Shown here one piece after another: positions 10,943 through 22,279 of a stretch of 64,000 nucleotides of DNA. How positions within the stretch are numbered: the first letter of the stretch is position 1; each line of letters starts with the position of its first letter. The position numbers and the translations under genes are program-made. The stretch comes from Aquificaceae bacterium (GTDB lineage: Bacteria > Aquificota > Aquificia > Aquificales > Aquificaceae). The notes below the pieces were generated by a model, which ran no database searches, was not told the origin of the DNA, and saw only the letters and a list, made by a program, of their open reading frames with translations. The DNA is taken from assembly GCA_041640635.1 (NCBI GenBank), contig JBEPZX010000005.1:1-64000 (forward strand), given 5' to 3'.

Positions 10943-11818
10943 CTACGAGCTACTCATATGCTTTTCCAACAGAGCTTTTAAACTTCTTGATATCTCTCTT
11001 GTAACTGGCTCAATCTTACCTTTTATCTCTGTAAGGGTTTCATACAGTTCCTCTGGTGAAACTTCCCAAGTACTTATAAGCTTGTTCTTTAGGTTAGTCA
11101 TCTTAAAGACATCCATGTAGTATTTTTGATCAATTATTCCCATTTCTATAAACTTTGAAAGACAGTCATCTCCAAACTTTTTTATACCAAACTTTGGAGC
11201 AAGATGCTTACAAATATCAAAAAGTGAATCGTAAGCTACCTGGTAAAAGTACTTTACTCTGTCGTAGTACATAGGCTTACTTTTGAATTCTTCAATACCT
11301 TGTGATAAAACAAAATCTATTTTACTTATCGAATCCTTTATGTGTTTGAGCTTCTCATTTAGGAGATCAAAGTCTATGAGAAGTGGATTATCTGTTTCTT
11401 TCTTTACGAACTCAATCACATACATGGCAAAGTCTTTAAAGGCTATCAAGTGTTTTTCGAGAAAATGGTATAAGTACTCTGGATCTACTTCTTTTTTTAA
11501 GTCTCTGTATTCAAAGTAAAATTCTATAACATCTTTTAAAAGATCCACATTTCTCATATTAACAAGGTCACCAAGTTTTACTAAACAATCCTTAGAGGTA
11601 GTCTTAAGATTGTAAACAACGGATAAGTGTCTACACGGTCTCATACAACTTTCAAAAGCCAAATTAAAGTCAACTCTTACCTTATCTTGAATGAGATTGT
11701 TTGCGATAAACTCATCCTTAGGAATAGATATATTTTTTTTAATATCTATATAAGACTTTTCTAAGTTTTTGAATGAATCCAATATCAAAGAAATATTTAT
11801 CTTTTTTTTCTCACTCAA
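10943..11818 (-). CDS. Protein with two tandem HEPN/DUF86(HepT)-like domains, catalytic motifs degenerate
   Basis: Internal repeat: DKVRVDFNLAFESCMRPCRHL..KDCL vs DRVKYFYQVAYDSLFDICKHL..DDCL, with EVDPEYLY / EVSPEELY tails typical of DUF86. No RX4H motif in either copy. Confidence 0.65.
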   Translation of the reverse strand: MSEKKKINISLILDSFKNLEKSYIDIKKNISIPKDEFIANNLIQDKVRVDFNLAFESCMRPCRHLSVVYNLKTTSKDCLVKLGDLVNMRNVDLLKDVIEFYFEYRDLKKEVDPEYLYHFLEKHLIAFKDFAMYVIEFVKKETDNPLLIDFDLLNEKLKHIKDSISKIDFVLSQGIEEFKSKPMYYDRVKYFYQVAYDSLFDICKHLAPKFGIKKFGDDCLSKFIEMGIIDQKYYMDVFKMTNLKNKLISTWEVSPEELYETLTEIKGKIEPVTREISRSLKALLEKHMSSS

Positions 11819-12608
11819 TACTTTTTACCTCTTCTTTTGTTATAAACTTTTGAACTCTCTGTATATGCTTCGTTTTTCCTGTAGATTCATCTATTTCAAC
11901 AAGTATGGCATTAAAAACAAGATCTTGAGTATCTTCGACACTAAATTTTCTAGGAAGACCTGTCAAAAACCTCTCTATTGCTTCTTTAGGCTTCATTCCT
12001 ATTACTGAATACCAACAACCACTTAATCCAATATCAGATACATATCCCGTTCCTTTTTTCAAAATTATTTGGTCAGCGGTAGGAACGTGAGTGTGTGTGC
12101 CGTAAACTAGGCTAGCTCTTCCATCTGTGTGTATAGCAAAAGCCCATTTTTCAGAAGTAGCTTCTGCATGAAAATCCACTATTATTATGTCGCTCTCTTT
12201 GGATAATCTCTCATACAGAGTATCGAAGAGTATGAATGGATTATCCAAGTGAGCTTCTAAAAATATCCTTCCCATAAGATTTATGATGGCAAAGCGCACA
12301 CCTTTTTTCTCAAAAATTGCATAACCTTTCCCAGGTGTACCGTTGGGGTAGTTAGCTGGTCTTAGCAAATTGGGAACAGAGTCTATAAAATCGAAAACTT
12401 CCCTTTTATCCCATATGTGGTTTCCCGATGTCATTACATCTACACCGTAAGACATCAATTCATCATACACGCTCTTGGTTATTCCAAAACCACCCGCTGC
12501 GTTTTCTACGTTAACTACCAATACATCGTAATTTAGATCCCATATGCCATACCTAAGAGCTTTCCTACCTGGACTGCCTATAATATCACCTACTATTAAA
12601 AATCTCAT
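11811..12608 (-). CDS. YmdB/TIGR00282 family metallophosphoesterase (2',3'-cyclic nucleotide phosphodiesterase-like)
   Basis: GDIIGSPGR, NVENAAGGFG, TSGNHIWD, LRPANYP, DFHAEATSEK, GTHTHVPTAD. Confidence 0.93.
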   Translation of the reverse strand: MRFLIVGDIIGSPGRKALRYGIWDLNYDVLVVNVENAAGGFGITKSVYDELMSYGVDVMTSGNHIWDKREVFDFIDSVPNLLRPANYPNGTPGKGYAIFEKKGVRFAIINLMGRIFLEAHLDNPFILFDTLYERLSKESDIIIVDFHAEATSEKWAFAIHTDGRASLVYGTHTHVPTADQIILKKGTGYVSDIGLSGCWYSVIGMKPKEAIERFLTGLPRKFSVEDTQDLVFNAILVEIDESTGKTKHIQRVQKFITKEEVKSIE

Positions 12609-12622
12609 AGTAATATTTTAAA

Positions 12623-12705
12623 TGCGGGTGGAGGGACTCGAACCCTCACGGGGTAATCCCACTGGATCCTGAGTCCAGCGCGTCTGCCAATTCCGCCACA
12701 CCCGC
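12623..12705 (-). tRNA. tRNA-Leu(CAG), CCA not encoded
   Basis: Reverse complement folds as a class II cloverleaf: GCGGGTG acceptor, CTGGA-CTCAGGA-TCCAG anticodon arm, GGTTCGAGTCC T-arm. Confidence 0.95.
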
Positions 12706-12810
12706 TTAAATATAATATGTATTCAGGTATCTCCAAGTTGACTGATAAAAAACAAGGAAGGAGTAAGAGGCAAATATAGAAAAAAATATAAAGGGTTTAC
12801 TTTGTAGTAG

Positions 12811-13104
12811 TTATTGGCTTTGTTTAAGGGTTTCCTCCACAGACTTTGCCCTTTCAACGATTTTTACAACTACCCATCTTTTTGTTTTTGACAAAGGTCT
12901 TGTTTCTCTTATAACTACGACATCACCTATATTGCATTGATTATTAGCATCATGTGCATGATACTTCTTACTCTTTATTATGTGCTTTTTATAAATAGGG
13001 TGTGGAACTCTTCTATCTACCTTAACTACTACCGTCTTATCCATTTTGTTGCTAACAACTACACCTACCAATTCCTTTCTTTTTTCACTCCACTTCCTTT
13101 CCAT
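12811..13104 (-). CDS. rpsQ: 30S ribosomal protein S17
   Basis: [25 protein letters not shown]. Confidence 0.97.
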   Translation of the reverse strand: MERKWSEKRKELVGVVVSNKMDKTVVVKVDRRVPHPIYKKHIIKSKKYHAHDANNQCNIGDVVVIRETRPLSKTKRWVVVKIVERAKSVEETLKQSQ

Positions 13105-13304
13105 TAGTTTTCACCTCTCATTTCTTTTTCTCTAATTAGAGTTAAAACTCTCGCTAAATCTCTTTTTGCATTCCTTATTTCCATTGGATTAGGCAGTCCC
13201 TCGATTTTTCTTTTTATTCTAAGCTTTAGAATATTCTTTCTTAACTGCTCCTCTTTCTTTTTGAGATCTTCTATAGACAGGTTTCTTAATTCCTGAACTT
13301 TCAT
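13104..13304 (-). CDS. rpmC: 50S ribosomal protein L29
   Basis: MKVQELR...[13 protein letters not shown]; position in S10 cluster. Confidence 0.95.
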   Translation of the reverse strand: MKVQELRNLSIEDLKKKEEQLRKNILKLRIKRKIEGLPNPMEIRNAKRDLARVLTLIREKEMRGEN

Positions 13305-13726
13305 GTGGTTAAACCTCCTGCCTTTACAAGTCTTACCTTAATAGGTAGTTTTGCCTTTACATGCCTAAAGGCCTCTTGAGCTAAATCTTCGTTTACACCA
13401 GCAAATTCGAATAAGATCTTGCCTGGCCTTACAACTGCCACAAAGCCTTCTGGATCTCCTTTTCCACCACCCATACGAACCTCGTTAGGTTTTTTGGTAT
13501 AAGGTTTATCTGGAAATACAGTTATCCAAACCTTTGCCCCTTTTCTGATAGCCCTTACAATTGCTATTCTTGCAGCCTCTATCTGTCTCTGTGTCAACCA
13601 ACAGGATTCAAGAGCTTGTATTCCATATTCGCCAAAAGCAACCTTATTTCCCCTAAACGCCTTTCCTTTTAGCGTGCCCCTTTGGGTTTTTCTATGCTTT
13701 GTTTTCTTAGGCGCTAAAAATGACAT
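13301..13726 (-). CDS. rplP: 50S ribosomal protein L16
   Basis: [25 protein letters not shown]. Confidence 0.97.
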   Translation of the reverse strand: MSFLAPKKTKHRKTQRGTLKGKAFRGNKVAFGEYGIQALESCWLTQRQIEAARIAIVRAIRKGAKVWITVFPDKPYTKKPNEVRMGGGKGDPEGFVAVVRPGKILFEFAGVNEDLAQEAFRHVKAKLPIKVRLVKAGGLTT

Positions 13727-13729
13727 TAC

Positions 13730-14425
13730 TTATACCTCCTTTTCTGACTTTTTTAAGTCCTCTTCTATTTTCTTTATTATTTCTTCTTTACCACCTTTAA
13801 GGATATCTCCTCTATATATCCATACCTTCACACCCAAAATACCATATTTAGTTTGGGCAGTAGCATATCCGTAATCTATATCCGCTCTAAGTGTTTGAAG
13901 TGGCATCCTACCTACCAAAAACCATTCAGCTCTAGCTAGTTCAGCTCCACCTATTCTACCTTTTACTTGGACTTTTACACCTTTGGCACCTGCTTTGAAG
14001 GCATTATCTATAGCTCTTTTCATTGCTCTTCTATGAGATACACGTCTTTCTATTTGAAGAGCTATCTCCTCTGCTACGAGTTGAGCATCTAGTTCTGGGA
14101 CCCTTACTTCATCTACAGTTATGGTAACGTCCTTGCCTATCGCTATGGATTCCATGTCTTTTTTAAGCTGTTCTACTTCTGCACCCTTTCTTCCTATTAT
14201 TATTCCTGGTCTTGCAGCAAGCACTCTAACTTTTACCTTTTCGGCCATCCTTTCTACTACGACTCTGGACACACCAGCTGACTTATATCTCTCTTTTATG
14301 TACCTTTTTATAGCTAAGTCTTCATGAAGAAGAGATGTGTAATCTTTTTTGTCAGCAAACCATTTAGAATTCCACTCTCTTATAACACCAACTCTAAAAC
14401 CTATAGGGTTTATTTTCTGACCCAT
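13730..14425 (-). CDS. rpsC: 30S ribosomal protein S3
   Basis: [25 protein letters not shown]. Confidence 0.97.
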   Translation of the reverse strand: MGQKINPIGFRVGVIREWNSKWFADKKDYTSLLHEDLAIKRYIKERYKSAGVSRVVVERMAEKVKVRVLAARPGIIIGRKGAEVEQLKKDMESIAIGKDVTITVDEVRVPELDAQLVAEEIALQIERRVSHRRAMKRAIDNAFKAGAKGVKVQVKGRIGGAELARAEWFLVGRMPLQTLRADIDYGYATAQTKYGILGVKVWIYRGDILKGGKEEIIKKIEEDLKKSEKEV

Positions 14426-14763
14426 TAGCTTTCCTCCTTGTGTTCAAGCACTATAGTTATATGGGAAGTTCTTTTTTTCATGATTGTAGCTCTGCCATGC
14501 GCTCTAGGTAACCACCTTCTAAAGATGGGTCCTTCATCAGCAACAGCTTTCTTTATGTAAAGCTTATCAAGATCCATACCTTTTTGTTCAGCATTTGCCA
14601 AAGCACTTTTGAGAACATTTTCTACTATACGGGCGGATTTTTTAGGAATCACCTTAAGTTGATAAAGAGCTTCCCCAGCATTCATACCTCTTATAACTCT
14701 TAGTACTTGTCTAGCTTTTAATGGGCTTATCCTTGCATACCTGAGTATAGCTCTTGCCTCCAT
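14425..14763 (-). CDS. rplV: 50S ribosomal protein L22
   Basis: [24 protein letters not shown]. Confidence 0.97.
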   Translation of the reverse strand: MEARAILRYARISPLKARQVLRVIRGMNAGEALYQLKVIPKKSARIVENVLKSALANAEQKGMDLDKLYIKKAVADEGPIFRRWLPRAHGRATIMKKRTSHITIVLEHKEES

Positions 14764-14772
14764 ATTATCACC

Positions 14773-15228
14773 TCACTTTTTCTTGGTAACTTTTGCAGAC
14801 TTTTCTGGATGGCTCCTAAAAGTCCTAGTTGGAGCAAACTCACCTAGCTTATGCCCCAACATTTCAGAAGTTATATATATAGGTACAAAAGTTTTGCCAT
14901 TGTGAACAGCAATAGTGTGTCCTACAAATTCTGGGATAATGGTAGTATCTCTACTGTAAGTTTTTACTACCTTTCTTTCACCACTTTCGTTCATCTTTTT
15001 TATACGCATCCACAACTTTGGATCTACCCAGGCTTTTTTATTTACCAATGCTCTGTATTCGTCCCAAACTTTTTTATACCTCTCTAGTGCTTTAACGTAA
15101 AGATCGTAAGTATGCTGGATTTTTCTAACTCTCTTATAAGCTTTTTGAACCCTCTTGTATGTTTTTAAAAATTCTTCCAAATTATCTATAAGCCTATTTC
15201 TTTTATTCCAAGCTCCTTTAAAGCTCAT
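14773..15228 (-). CDS. rpsS: 30S ribosomal protein S19 with long N-terminal extension
   Basis: C-terminal core [24 protein letters not shown]...[11 protein letters not shown]; about 65 extra N-terminal residues. Confidence 0.93.
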   Translation of the reverse strand: MSFKGAWNKRNRLIDNLEEFLKTYKRVQKAYKRVRKIQHTYDLYVKALERYKKVWDEYRALVNKKAWVDPKLWMRIKKMNESGERKVVKTYSRDTTIIPEFVGHTIAVHNGKTFVPIYITSEMLGHKLGEFAPTRTFRSHPEKSAKVTKKK

Positions 15229-16094
15229 TTCCTACCTCCTGAAGCTTTACGTTTAGACACTATGAACTTGTCGGAATACTTTCTGCCTCTTCTGGTTTTG
15301 TAACCTTTTGTCTTCCAACCCCAAGGCGATTCTGGATGTTTACCTTTGGTTTTACCTTCTCCTCCACCGTGAGGGTGATCTACAGGGTTCATAGCAGTTC
15401 CTCTAACACGGGGTTTCCATCCATGCCATCTATACCTTCCAGCTTTACCATACTTTATAAGCTCGTGCTCTGCTAAACCTACAGTACCTACGGTTGCCAT
15501 ACACCTTTGATGGACTAATCTTATCTCCCCAGAAGGAAGTCTAATTTGCACGTAATCATCAACCTTACCCAAAATTTGAGCGGATAATCCTGCAGACCTA
15601 ACTAACTGTCCACCTTTACCTGGATGTAGCTCCACATTGTGAATTATTGTACCTACGGGTATATACTTCAAGGGTAGGGCATTACCTGGTTTTATCTCTG
15701 GAAGTTCCTTCCCAGCTTCGGCATCTTCATAGGAAATTGAAACCACAGTATCTCCTACTTGAAGACCTTCTGGCCAGAGTATGTATCGCTTTTCACCATC
15801 TGCATACTGAAGAAGTGCTATCCTTGCGCTTCTAAAGGGATCGTACTCTACTGACACTACCCTTGCAGGCACTAAGCTTTTATCTCTTTTAAAATCTATT
15901 ATCCTATACTTTTTCTTGTGTCCACCTCCTCTACCTCTAGCAGTTACTTTACCCTGCTGTCTTGATCTACCTTTAGCTCTGTGCCAGCTAACTGTCAACG
16001 ATTTTTCTGGCTCTTTTTTTGTAATTTCTGAAAAGTCATACAAAACCGCATGCCTTTGACCATTTGTTACTGGCTTAAGTTTCCTAACACCCAT
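15225..16094 (-). CDS. rplB: 50S ribosomal protein L2
   Basis: [36 protein letters not shown]. Confidence 0.97.
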   Translation of the reverse strand: MGVRKLKPVTNGQRHAVLYDFSEITKKEPEKSLTVSWHRAKGRSRQQGKVTARGRGGGHKKKYRIIDFKRDKSLVPARVVSVEYDPFRSARIALLQYADGEKRYILWPEGLQVGDTVVSISYEDAEAGKELPEIKPGNALPLKYIPVGTIIHNVELHPGKGGQLVRSAGLSAQILGKVDDYVQIRLPSGEIRLVHQRCMATVGTVGLAEHELIKYGKAGRYRWHGWKPRVRGTAMNPVDHPHGGGEGKTKGKHPESPWGWKTKGYKTRRGRKYSDKFIVSKRKASGGRK

Positions 16095-16104
16095 TTTCTT
16101 TACC

Positions 16105-16401
16105 TCACAAACTTAATAAATCTAATTCTTTGTCCGCCGGAATAGTTACTATCGCTTTTTTATATCTTCTTGTATATCCGTATTGCCTGACTCTACCTAC
16201 TATTCTTTTTTTCTTAGGTTTAACTATAACTGTATTAACCTTCACCACAGGCACTCCAAAAGCGCTTTCTATAGCATGCTTTATTTCGTGTTTGGTAGCA
16301 TCCAAGGCTACTTCAAAAGTATATTTTTTGTATTCTTCCATCAACCTATTGCTTTTTTCAGTTATTATAGGTCTTATTATTACATCTTCAGGTCTCTTCA
16401 T
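16105..16401 (-). CDS. rplW: 50S ribosomal protein L23
   Basis: [22 protein letters not shown]. Confidence 0.96.
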   Translation of the reverse strand: MKRPEDVIIRPIITEKSNRLMEEYKKYTFEVALDATKHEIKHAIESAFGVPVVKVNTVIVKPKKKRIVGRVRQYGYTRRYKKAIVTIPADKELDLLSL

Positions 16402-16997
16402 GTGGATAACCTCTCGTAGATTTTTTCTATTGCAGGCTTTTCAATTATCAATTTATCAGCCCAAAGTATATCGTATACATTTAGCCCTTCAACAGGCAAC
16501 ACCTTGGCATTGCACAAGTTCCTAAAGGATTTGAAAATCACCTCATCCTTATCCGGCACAACTACCAAGACCTTGTAACCATCAAGACCTAGAGATTTCA
16601 GAAGCTCAATAGCCTTTTTCGTCTTTGGTTTGTCACCTATCTGTATGGTTTCCACTATTTCCAAATTGCCCTTTTGTGCTTTGTCTGACAGAGCCATCTT
16701 TAGACCGAGTTTCCTAACCTTCTTTGGTAGACTGTAGTAATAGTCCCTAGGTTTTGGTCCGTGAGCTACTCCGCCACCAACTAAGATATTGGCACCTCTA
16801 TCGCCGTGTCTTGCATTACCCGTACCCTTTTGGGGAAGCAATTTCCTTCCACTGTAGGCTACTTCTCCACGGGTCTTTGTACTATGCGTTCCCTGCCTTT
16901 TGGCTGCAAGTTGCCATTTTACAACTTCCCACAAAACGTGCTTTTTAACCTCTACGTTAAAAACATCATCTTTTAATTCTATGCCCTTCACCTTCAT
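16398..16997 (-). CDS. rplD: 50S ribosomal protein L4
   Basis: [34 protein letters not shown]. Confidence 0.97.
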   Translation of the reverse strand: MKVKGIELKDDVFNVEVKKHVLWEVVKWQLAAKRQGTHSTKTRGEVAYSGRKLLPQKGTGNARHGDRGANILVGGGVAHGPKPRDYYYSLPKKVRKLGLKMALSDKAQKGNLEIVETIQIGDKPKTKKAIELLKSLGLDGYKVLVVVPDKDEVIFKSFRNLCNAKVLPVEGLNVYDILWADKLIIEKPAIEKIYERLST

Positions 16998-17701
16998 CAG
17001 GCTTCTCCTTTAATAATGCTCTTAGGTATATATTCCAACCTCTTTAATTTAAGAGTTTGGGACTTTCTATTGTTTATTTTGCTCTTTTCTATATAAACCA
17101 CTCCTTTATTAGGTCCAGGTATAGATCCTTTAACTAGAATTACGTTTTGATCTGCTAAAACGTCAACCACCAACAGAGATTGAACACGAATTTTCTCAGC
17201 TCCGTAGTGCCCGGCCATTTTTTTGCCTTTCCATATACGACCTGGGTCTGATCTATTACCTATGGAACCTACTGCTCTGTGGTACCTGTGACCGTGAGAT
17301 TTGGGAAATCCTCCAAAATCCCATCGCTTCATTGTACCAGTGAATCCTCTTCCTTTAGATATACCCACAACATCCACTAATTCCCCTGAGGTAAAAACAT
17401 CTTCCACCTTTATCTCTTGGCCAAGCGTTAAGCCATCACAAGAAGCCACTCTAAATTCTTTTAAATACTTAAGTGGAGCGACTCCTGCTTTCTTGAACAC
17501 ACCTAAGAGTGGCTTATTTACATTCTTTTCCTTTGCTGGATATGCGCCAAGAACAACCCCAGAATACTTATCCTTCTCTGGAGTTCTTAAAGCTACTATA
17601 TAGTTACTTGGAACCTGTATTACCGTCACAGGTATAGCTTCACCGTTGGTTAAATAAATACGTGTCATTCCTAATTTTTTGCCAATCATTCCTGTAAGCA
17701 T
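16997..17701 (-). CDS. rplC: 50S ribosomal protein L3
   Basis: [29 protein letters not shown]. Confidence 0.97.
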   Translation of the reverse strand: MLTGMIGKKLGMTRIYLTNGEAIPVTVIQVPSNYIVALRTPEKDKYSGVVLGAYPAKEKNVNKPLLGVFKKAGVAPLKYLKEFRVASCDGLTLGQEIKVEDVFTSGELVDVVGISKGRGFTGTMKRWDFGGFPKSHGHRYHRAVGSIGNRSDPGRIWKGKKMAGHYGAEKIRVQSLLVVDVLADQNVILVKGSIPGPNKGVVYIEKSKINNRKSQTLKLKRLEYIPKSIIKGEA

Positions 17702-17703
17702 CT

Positions 17704-18018
17704 CTAGCTCCCTATTTTAAGTTCAACATCTACACCAGCAGGCAAAGATAGAGACATCAAAGACTCCACCGTCTGTGGTGTTGTCCTTGTTATGTATATC
17801 ACCCTCTTATGTTCTCTAATTTCAAAATGTTCCCTTGATTGTTCAAATTTGTGAGGTGATCTTAAGACAACCCATCTTTTTGTCCTAGTAGGTAGCGGTA
17901 TGGGTCCTCTTACCATACCTCCTGTTCTCTTAACAGTATCCACTATATGTTTTACGGATTGATCGAGTAACCTATGATCGTATGCTCTCAATTTTATGCG
18001 TATTATTTCCTGATCCAT
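17704..18018 (-). CDS. rpsJ: 30S ribosomal protein S10
   Basis: [25 protein letters not shown]. Confidence 0.97.
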   Translation of the reverse strand: MDQEIIRIKLRAYDHRLLDQSVKHIVDTVKRTGGMVRGPIPLPTRTKRWVVLRSPHKFEQSREHFEIREHKRVIYITRTTPQTVESLMSLSLPAGVDVELKIGS

Positions 18019-19261
18019 TTCTTCACACCTCAGTCAAGTATTTTGGTAACAACACCAGCCCCTACTGTCCTTCCTCCTTCCCTTATTGCAAACCTAAGCC
18101 CCTCTTCCATCGCCACCGGCTTGACTAGCTCCACCTCAAACTCCACATTATCCCCTGGCATAACCATCTCTTGCCCCTCTGGTAACTTCACTACTGTACC
18201 TGTCACATCCGCTGTCCTAAAGTAAAACTGTGGCCTGTAATTGACAAAAAATGGTGTGTGCCTTCCTCCTTCTTCCTTCGACAAAACATACACCTGTGCC
18301 CTAAATCTCTTGTGTGGTGTCACACTGCCTGGCTTTGCCAACACTTGTCCCCTCTCTACATCGTCCTTGCCTACACCCCTTAGCAACACTCCTACGTTGT
18401 CACCTGGCAATGCCTCATCTAGTATCTTCCTAAACATCTCTATGGATGTGGCTACCGTCTTTATTGCCTCCTCTTTTATACCTACTATCTCTACTTCCTC
18501 ACCTGGCTTGAGAACTCCTCTCTCTACTCTTCCTGTTACCACTGTCCCACGCCCTGATATGGTAAATACGTCCTCTACTGGCATCAAAAATGGTTTGTCT
18601 ACTTCCCTCTGTGGTGTGGGTATGTAGTTGTCCATGGCGTTTATTAGCTCCACTATGGAGTTACACCACTTGTCAGCTTTGCCTGCACTTAGTTCCTCCA
18701 GTGCCCCTAGTGCTGATCCCCTTATTATAGGTACCTCGTCCCCAGGAAATTCGTACTTGGATAGTAGTTCCCTTACTTCTAGTTCTACTAGATCCAATAG
18801 CTCCTCATCGTCTACCATATCACATTTGTTCATAAACACTACTATGTATGGAACGTTTACTTGTCTTGCAAGCAGTACGTGCTCCCTTGTTTGTGGCATG
18901 GGTCCGTCTGCTGCTGACACTACCAGTATGGCTCCGTCCATCTGTGCTGCACCTGTGATCATGTTTTTTATGTAGTCTGCGTGCCCTGGACAGTCTACGT
19001 GTGCATAGTGTCTCTTGGCTGATTCGTATTCTACGTGTGTTATGTTTATGGTAATCCCTCTTTCTTTCTCTTCTGGTGCTTTATCTATTTCTTCGTATCT
19101 CATGCATTTGGCTTTTCCACCTGGTAGTATGCCTGCTCCTAGTACGCATGTTATAGCTGATGTTAATGTGGATTTCCCGTGGTCAACGTGACCTATGGTC
19201 CCTACATTAACGTGCTCTTTCTCTCTAACAAATTTCTCCTTCGCCATCTTCTTGACCTCCT
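18015..19261 (-). repeat. ~1.25 kb direct repeat (tuf plus flanks), second copy at about 34794-36039
   Basis: Near-identical nucleotide sequence 16,779 bp apart. Confidence 0.95.
18030..19247 (-). CDS. tuf: Elongation factor Tu (copy downstream of fusA)
   Basis: [31 protein letters not shown]. Confidence 0.98.
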   Translation of the reverse strand: MAKEKFVREKEHVNVGTIGHVDHGKSTLTSAITCVLGAGILPGGKAKCMRYEEIDKAPEEKERGITINITHVEYESAKRHYAHVDCPGHADYIKNMITGAAQMDGAILVVSAADGPMPQTREHVLLARQVNVPYIVVFMNKCDMVDDEELLDLVELEVRELLSKYEFPGDEVPIIRGSALGALEELSAGKADKWCNSIVELINAMDNYIPTPQREVDKPFLMPVEDVFTISGRGTVVTGRVERGVLKPGEEVEIVGIKEEAIKTVATSIEMFRKILDEALPGDNVGVLLRGVGKDDVERGQVLAKPGSVTPHKRFRAQVYVLSKEEGGRHTPFFVNYRPQFYFRTADVTGTVVKLPEGQEMVMPGDNVEFEVELVKPVAMEEGLRFAIREGGRTVGAGVVTKILD

Positions 19262-19264
19262 AGC

Positions 19265-21349
19265 TTATTTTGTTGCTGCTGTGCGTTCCCCTATAATTTG
19301 TTCAGCTATGCTTTGGGGAACTTCATCGTAATGAGAAAATTTCATTATAAAGGTTCCTCTTCCTTGTGTCAAGCTTCTTAGCGTGGTAGCATAACCAAAC
19401 ATCTCAGCAAGGGGTACATATGCCTTAACAACGGTTATTACTCCTTTGTTTTCCATACCCATAATTTTGCCTCTTCTAGAGTTTAGGTCACCTATTACAT
19501 CACCGACGTATTCATCTGGCGTTTCCACTTCTACTTCCATAATTGGTTCCAAAAGAACAGGGGTTGCTTTTTTAGCAGCTTCCTTAAAGGCTATAGATCC
19601 TGCTATCTTAAAAGCCATTTCTGATGAGTCTACTTCGTGATACGACCCATCAAACAACCTGACTTTTACATCCATTACAGGGTATCCTGCAAGAATACCG
19701 TTTTGCATAGCTTCTTTTACGCCTTCCTCTACTGCTGGAATAAATTCTTTGGGTATTATTCCACCTACTATAGCATTTTCAAACACAAAACCTTGACCTC
19801 TTTCTAAAGGCTCTACATCTATAACTACGTGACCGTACTGACCTCTTCCACCTGATTGTCTTATGAATTTACCTTCAGCTGTAGCTTTTTTCTTTATTGC
19901 TTCCTTGTAGGCAACTTGAGGTTTACCTACATTTACCTCTATCCCATACTCTCTCTTCATTCTATCTACCATTATTTCCAAGTGAAGCTCTCCCATACCG
20001 TGTATGAGGATTTGACCTGTTTCTGGATCTGTAGTTGCCTTAAAAGTAGGGTCCTCTTTCATGTATTTGTTGAGCACTTGTGATAGTTTTTCTTGATCCT
20101 TCTTAGTTTTGGGCTCTATAGCCATAGATATAACAGGTTCAGGAAATTCAAGCTTCTCGAGTATTATTGGAGCTTTTTCATCACATAAAGTGTCTCCAGT
20201 TGCAGCATCCACACCGACCGCTGCTACTATTTCTCCAGCTGCCGCTTCTTGCACGTCTTCTCTAGAATTTGCATGCATAAGAAGCAATCTTCCTATTCTT
20301 TCTTTCTTATCCTTGGTGGCATTGTATACGTAGGAACCCGCCGATACTTTACCCGAAAATACTCTAAAGTATGTAAGCTGACCAGCGTATGGGTCACTCA
20401 TAACCTTGAAAACGTATGCACAGAAAGGCTCCTCGTCGAAAGGCTTTCTCGTTTCCTCTTCGTTGGTTTTTGGGTTGATACCTTTAACAGGTGGTACATC
20501 TAAAGGAGAAGGTAGATAATCGATAACAGAATCAAGAAGAGGTTGTATACCTTTGTTCTTAAAGGCTGATCCACAAAGAACTGGAACTAATTCTTTATCT
20601 ATTGTCGCCTTCCTTAGCACTCTCTTTAAATCATCCGTACTTATCTCCTCTCCCTCTAAGTACTTCATCATGAGTTCATCGTCTTTTTCTACGATAGCTT
20701 CTACCATCTTAGCACGCCATTCTTGAGTCTTTTCTAAATATTCTTGAGGAATATCTACGATCTCGTATTTGGCACCTAAGGTTTCTTCTAGCCAAATTAT
20801 GGCTTTCATTTCCATCAGGTCAACGACACCTTTGAACTGATCTTCCGCACCTATGGGTATCTGGACAGCTACAGGTTTTATAGTAAGTTTCTTCTCTATT
20901 TCGCCATAAACTCTGTAGAAGTCAGCGCCTAATCTATCCAATTTATTTATGAAAGCTATCCTAGGCACACCGAATCTGTCAGCCCATCTCCAGTTAGCTT
21001 CCGATTGGGGTTGCACACCTTCAACGGCGGAGAATATGAACACTATACCATCCAAAACCTTCATTGATCTGACTACTTCAACTGAAAAGTCTACGTGCCC
21101 TGGTGTATCTATTATGTTAATTTGGTGATCTTTCCAATAACATGCTGTAGTAGCCGCTGTTATGGTGATACCCCTTTCCTTTTCTTGGGGCATCCAGTCC
21201 ATGGTTGCTGCACCTTCGTGCACTTCCCCAATCTTGTATGTTCTACCTGTATAATAAAGGACTCTTTCAGTTGTGGTAGTTTTACCAGCATCTATGTGTG
21301 CCACTATACCTATGTTTCTTAGTCTTTCTATTGGAACTGTTCTTGGCAT
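19265..21349 (-). CDS. fusA: Elongation factor G
   Basis: [43 protein letters not shown]. Confidence 0.98.
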   Translation of the reverse strand: MPRTVPIERLRNIGIVAHIDAGKTTTTERVLYYTGRTYKIGEVHEGAATMDWMPQEKERGITITAATTACYWKDHQINIIDTPGHVDFSVEVVRSMKVLDGIVFIFSAVEGVQPQSEANWRWADRFGVPRIAFINKLDRLGADFYRVYGEIEKKLTIKPVAVQIPIGAEDQFKGVVDLMEMKAIIWLEETLGAKYEIVDIPQEYLEKTQEWRAKMVEAIVEKDDELMMKYLEGEEISTDDLKRVLRKATIDKELVPVLCGSAFKNKGIQPLLDSVIDYLPSPLDVPPVKGINPKTNEEETRKPFDEEPFCAYVFKVMSDPYAGQLTYFRVFSGKVSAGSYVYNATKDKKERIGRLLLMHANSREDVQEAAAGEIVAAVGVDAATGDTLCDEKAPIILEKLEFPEPVISMAIEPKTKKDQEKLSQVLNKYMKEDPTFKATTDPETGQILIHGMGELHLEIMVDRMKREYGIEVNVGKPQVAYKEAIKKKATAEGKFIRQSGGRGQYGHVVIDVEPLERGQGFVFENAIVGGIIPKEFIPAVEEGVKEAMQNGILAGYPVMDVKVRLFDGSYHEVDSSEMAFKIAGSIAFKEAAKKATPVLLEPIMEVEVETPDEYVGDVIGDLNSRRGKIMGMENKGVITVVKAYVPLAEMFGYATTLRSLTQGRGTFIMKFSHYDEVPQSIAEQIIGERTAATK

Positions 21350-21364
21350 GACAAGCTTACCTCC

Positions 21365-21847
21365 TTACCACCTAAAATGAGCAAAAACTCTGTTTGCCTC
21401 TGCCATTTTGTGGGTGTCTTCTTTTTTCTTTAGAGCTCCACCTTTACCGTTAACAACATCTATCAGCTCAGCCTTTAGTCTTTCAATCATAGTGTAACTT
21501 CCTCTGTGTCTGCCTCTAGCTCGTGCAGCCTCCACCAACCATTTTAGAGCCAAACTTATTTGCCTTCTTGAATCTACCTCAACTGGCACTTGATATGTAG
21601 CACCACCAACCCTTCTTGGTCTTACTTCGTACTCTGGTTTTAGAGTATCCACCACTTTGTGGAGTAGTTCTAGCGGTGTGGTTTTTAGTTCCTTCGCTGC
21701 TTCTTCCAATGCTGTGTAAACAATCCACTCTGCTACACTCTTTTTACCATCTTGCATAACCTTATTTATGAGTTTATTAACAATTACATCGCCATATTTT
21801 GGATCAGGTCCTACCTCTCTTGGTGTAACTGGTCCCTTTCTGGGCAT
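21365..21847 (-). CDS. rpsG: 30S ribosomal protein S7
   Basis: [26 protein letters not shown]. Confidence 0.97.
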   Translation of the reverse strand: MPRKGPVTPREVGPDPKYGDVIVNKLINKVMQDGKKSVAEWIVYTALEEAAKELKTTPLELLHKVVDTLKPEYEVRPRRVGGATYQVPVEVDSRRQISLALKWLVEAARARGRHRGSYTMIERLKAELIDVVNGKGGALKKKEDTHKMAEANRVFAHFRW

Positions 21848-22254
21848 TACTTCTTACCTCCCTTAGCTTGAGTTTGTTGACCAGGTTTAGGTCTCTTCGC
21901 ACCATATTTGGAACGCGATTGTTTTCTGTTAGCAACACCTGCTGTATCCAAAGCACCCCTTATTACCTTATATCTAACACCGGGCAAGTCCTTTACCCTT
22001 CCACCTCTAACAAGAACTATTGAGTGCTCCTGGAGATTGTGCCCTTCACCTGGTATGTATGCTGTAACTTCCATACCATTGGAAAGTCTTACCCTTGTTA
22101 CTTTACGTAATGCTGAGTTTGGTTTCTTAGGTGTAACAGTATAAACTCTTACGCAGACTCCTCTCTTTTGGGGATTACCCTGCAGAGCAGGGGATTTACT
22201 TCTCTTTTTCTTACTTTCTCTACCATATTTAACAAGCTGACTTATAGTAGGCAT
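21847..22254 (-). CDS. rpsL: 30S ribosomal protein S12
   Basis: [24 protein letters not shown]. Confidence 0.98.
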   Translation of the reverse strand: MPTISQLVKYGRESKKKRSKSPALQGNPQKRGVCVRVYTVTPKKPNSALRKVTRVRLSNGMEVTAYIPGEGHNLQEHSIVLVRGGRVKDLPGVRYKVIRGALDTAGVANRKQSRSKYGAKRPKPGQQTQAKGGKK

Positions 22255-22279
22255 GCCAAAATCCTCCTAAAAAGGAACA

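Noticed and set aside
12623..12810. tRNA-Leu as an integration site for an island carrying the HEPN gene
   Set aside because: No integrase, no duplicated tRNA 3' end seen, and the flanking genes are housekeeping.
17974..18975. Plus-strand ORFs of 83-128 aa opposite tuf, repeated at 34654-35754
   Set aside because: Antisense shadows of a highly conserved gene; they recur only because tuf is duplicated.
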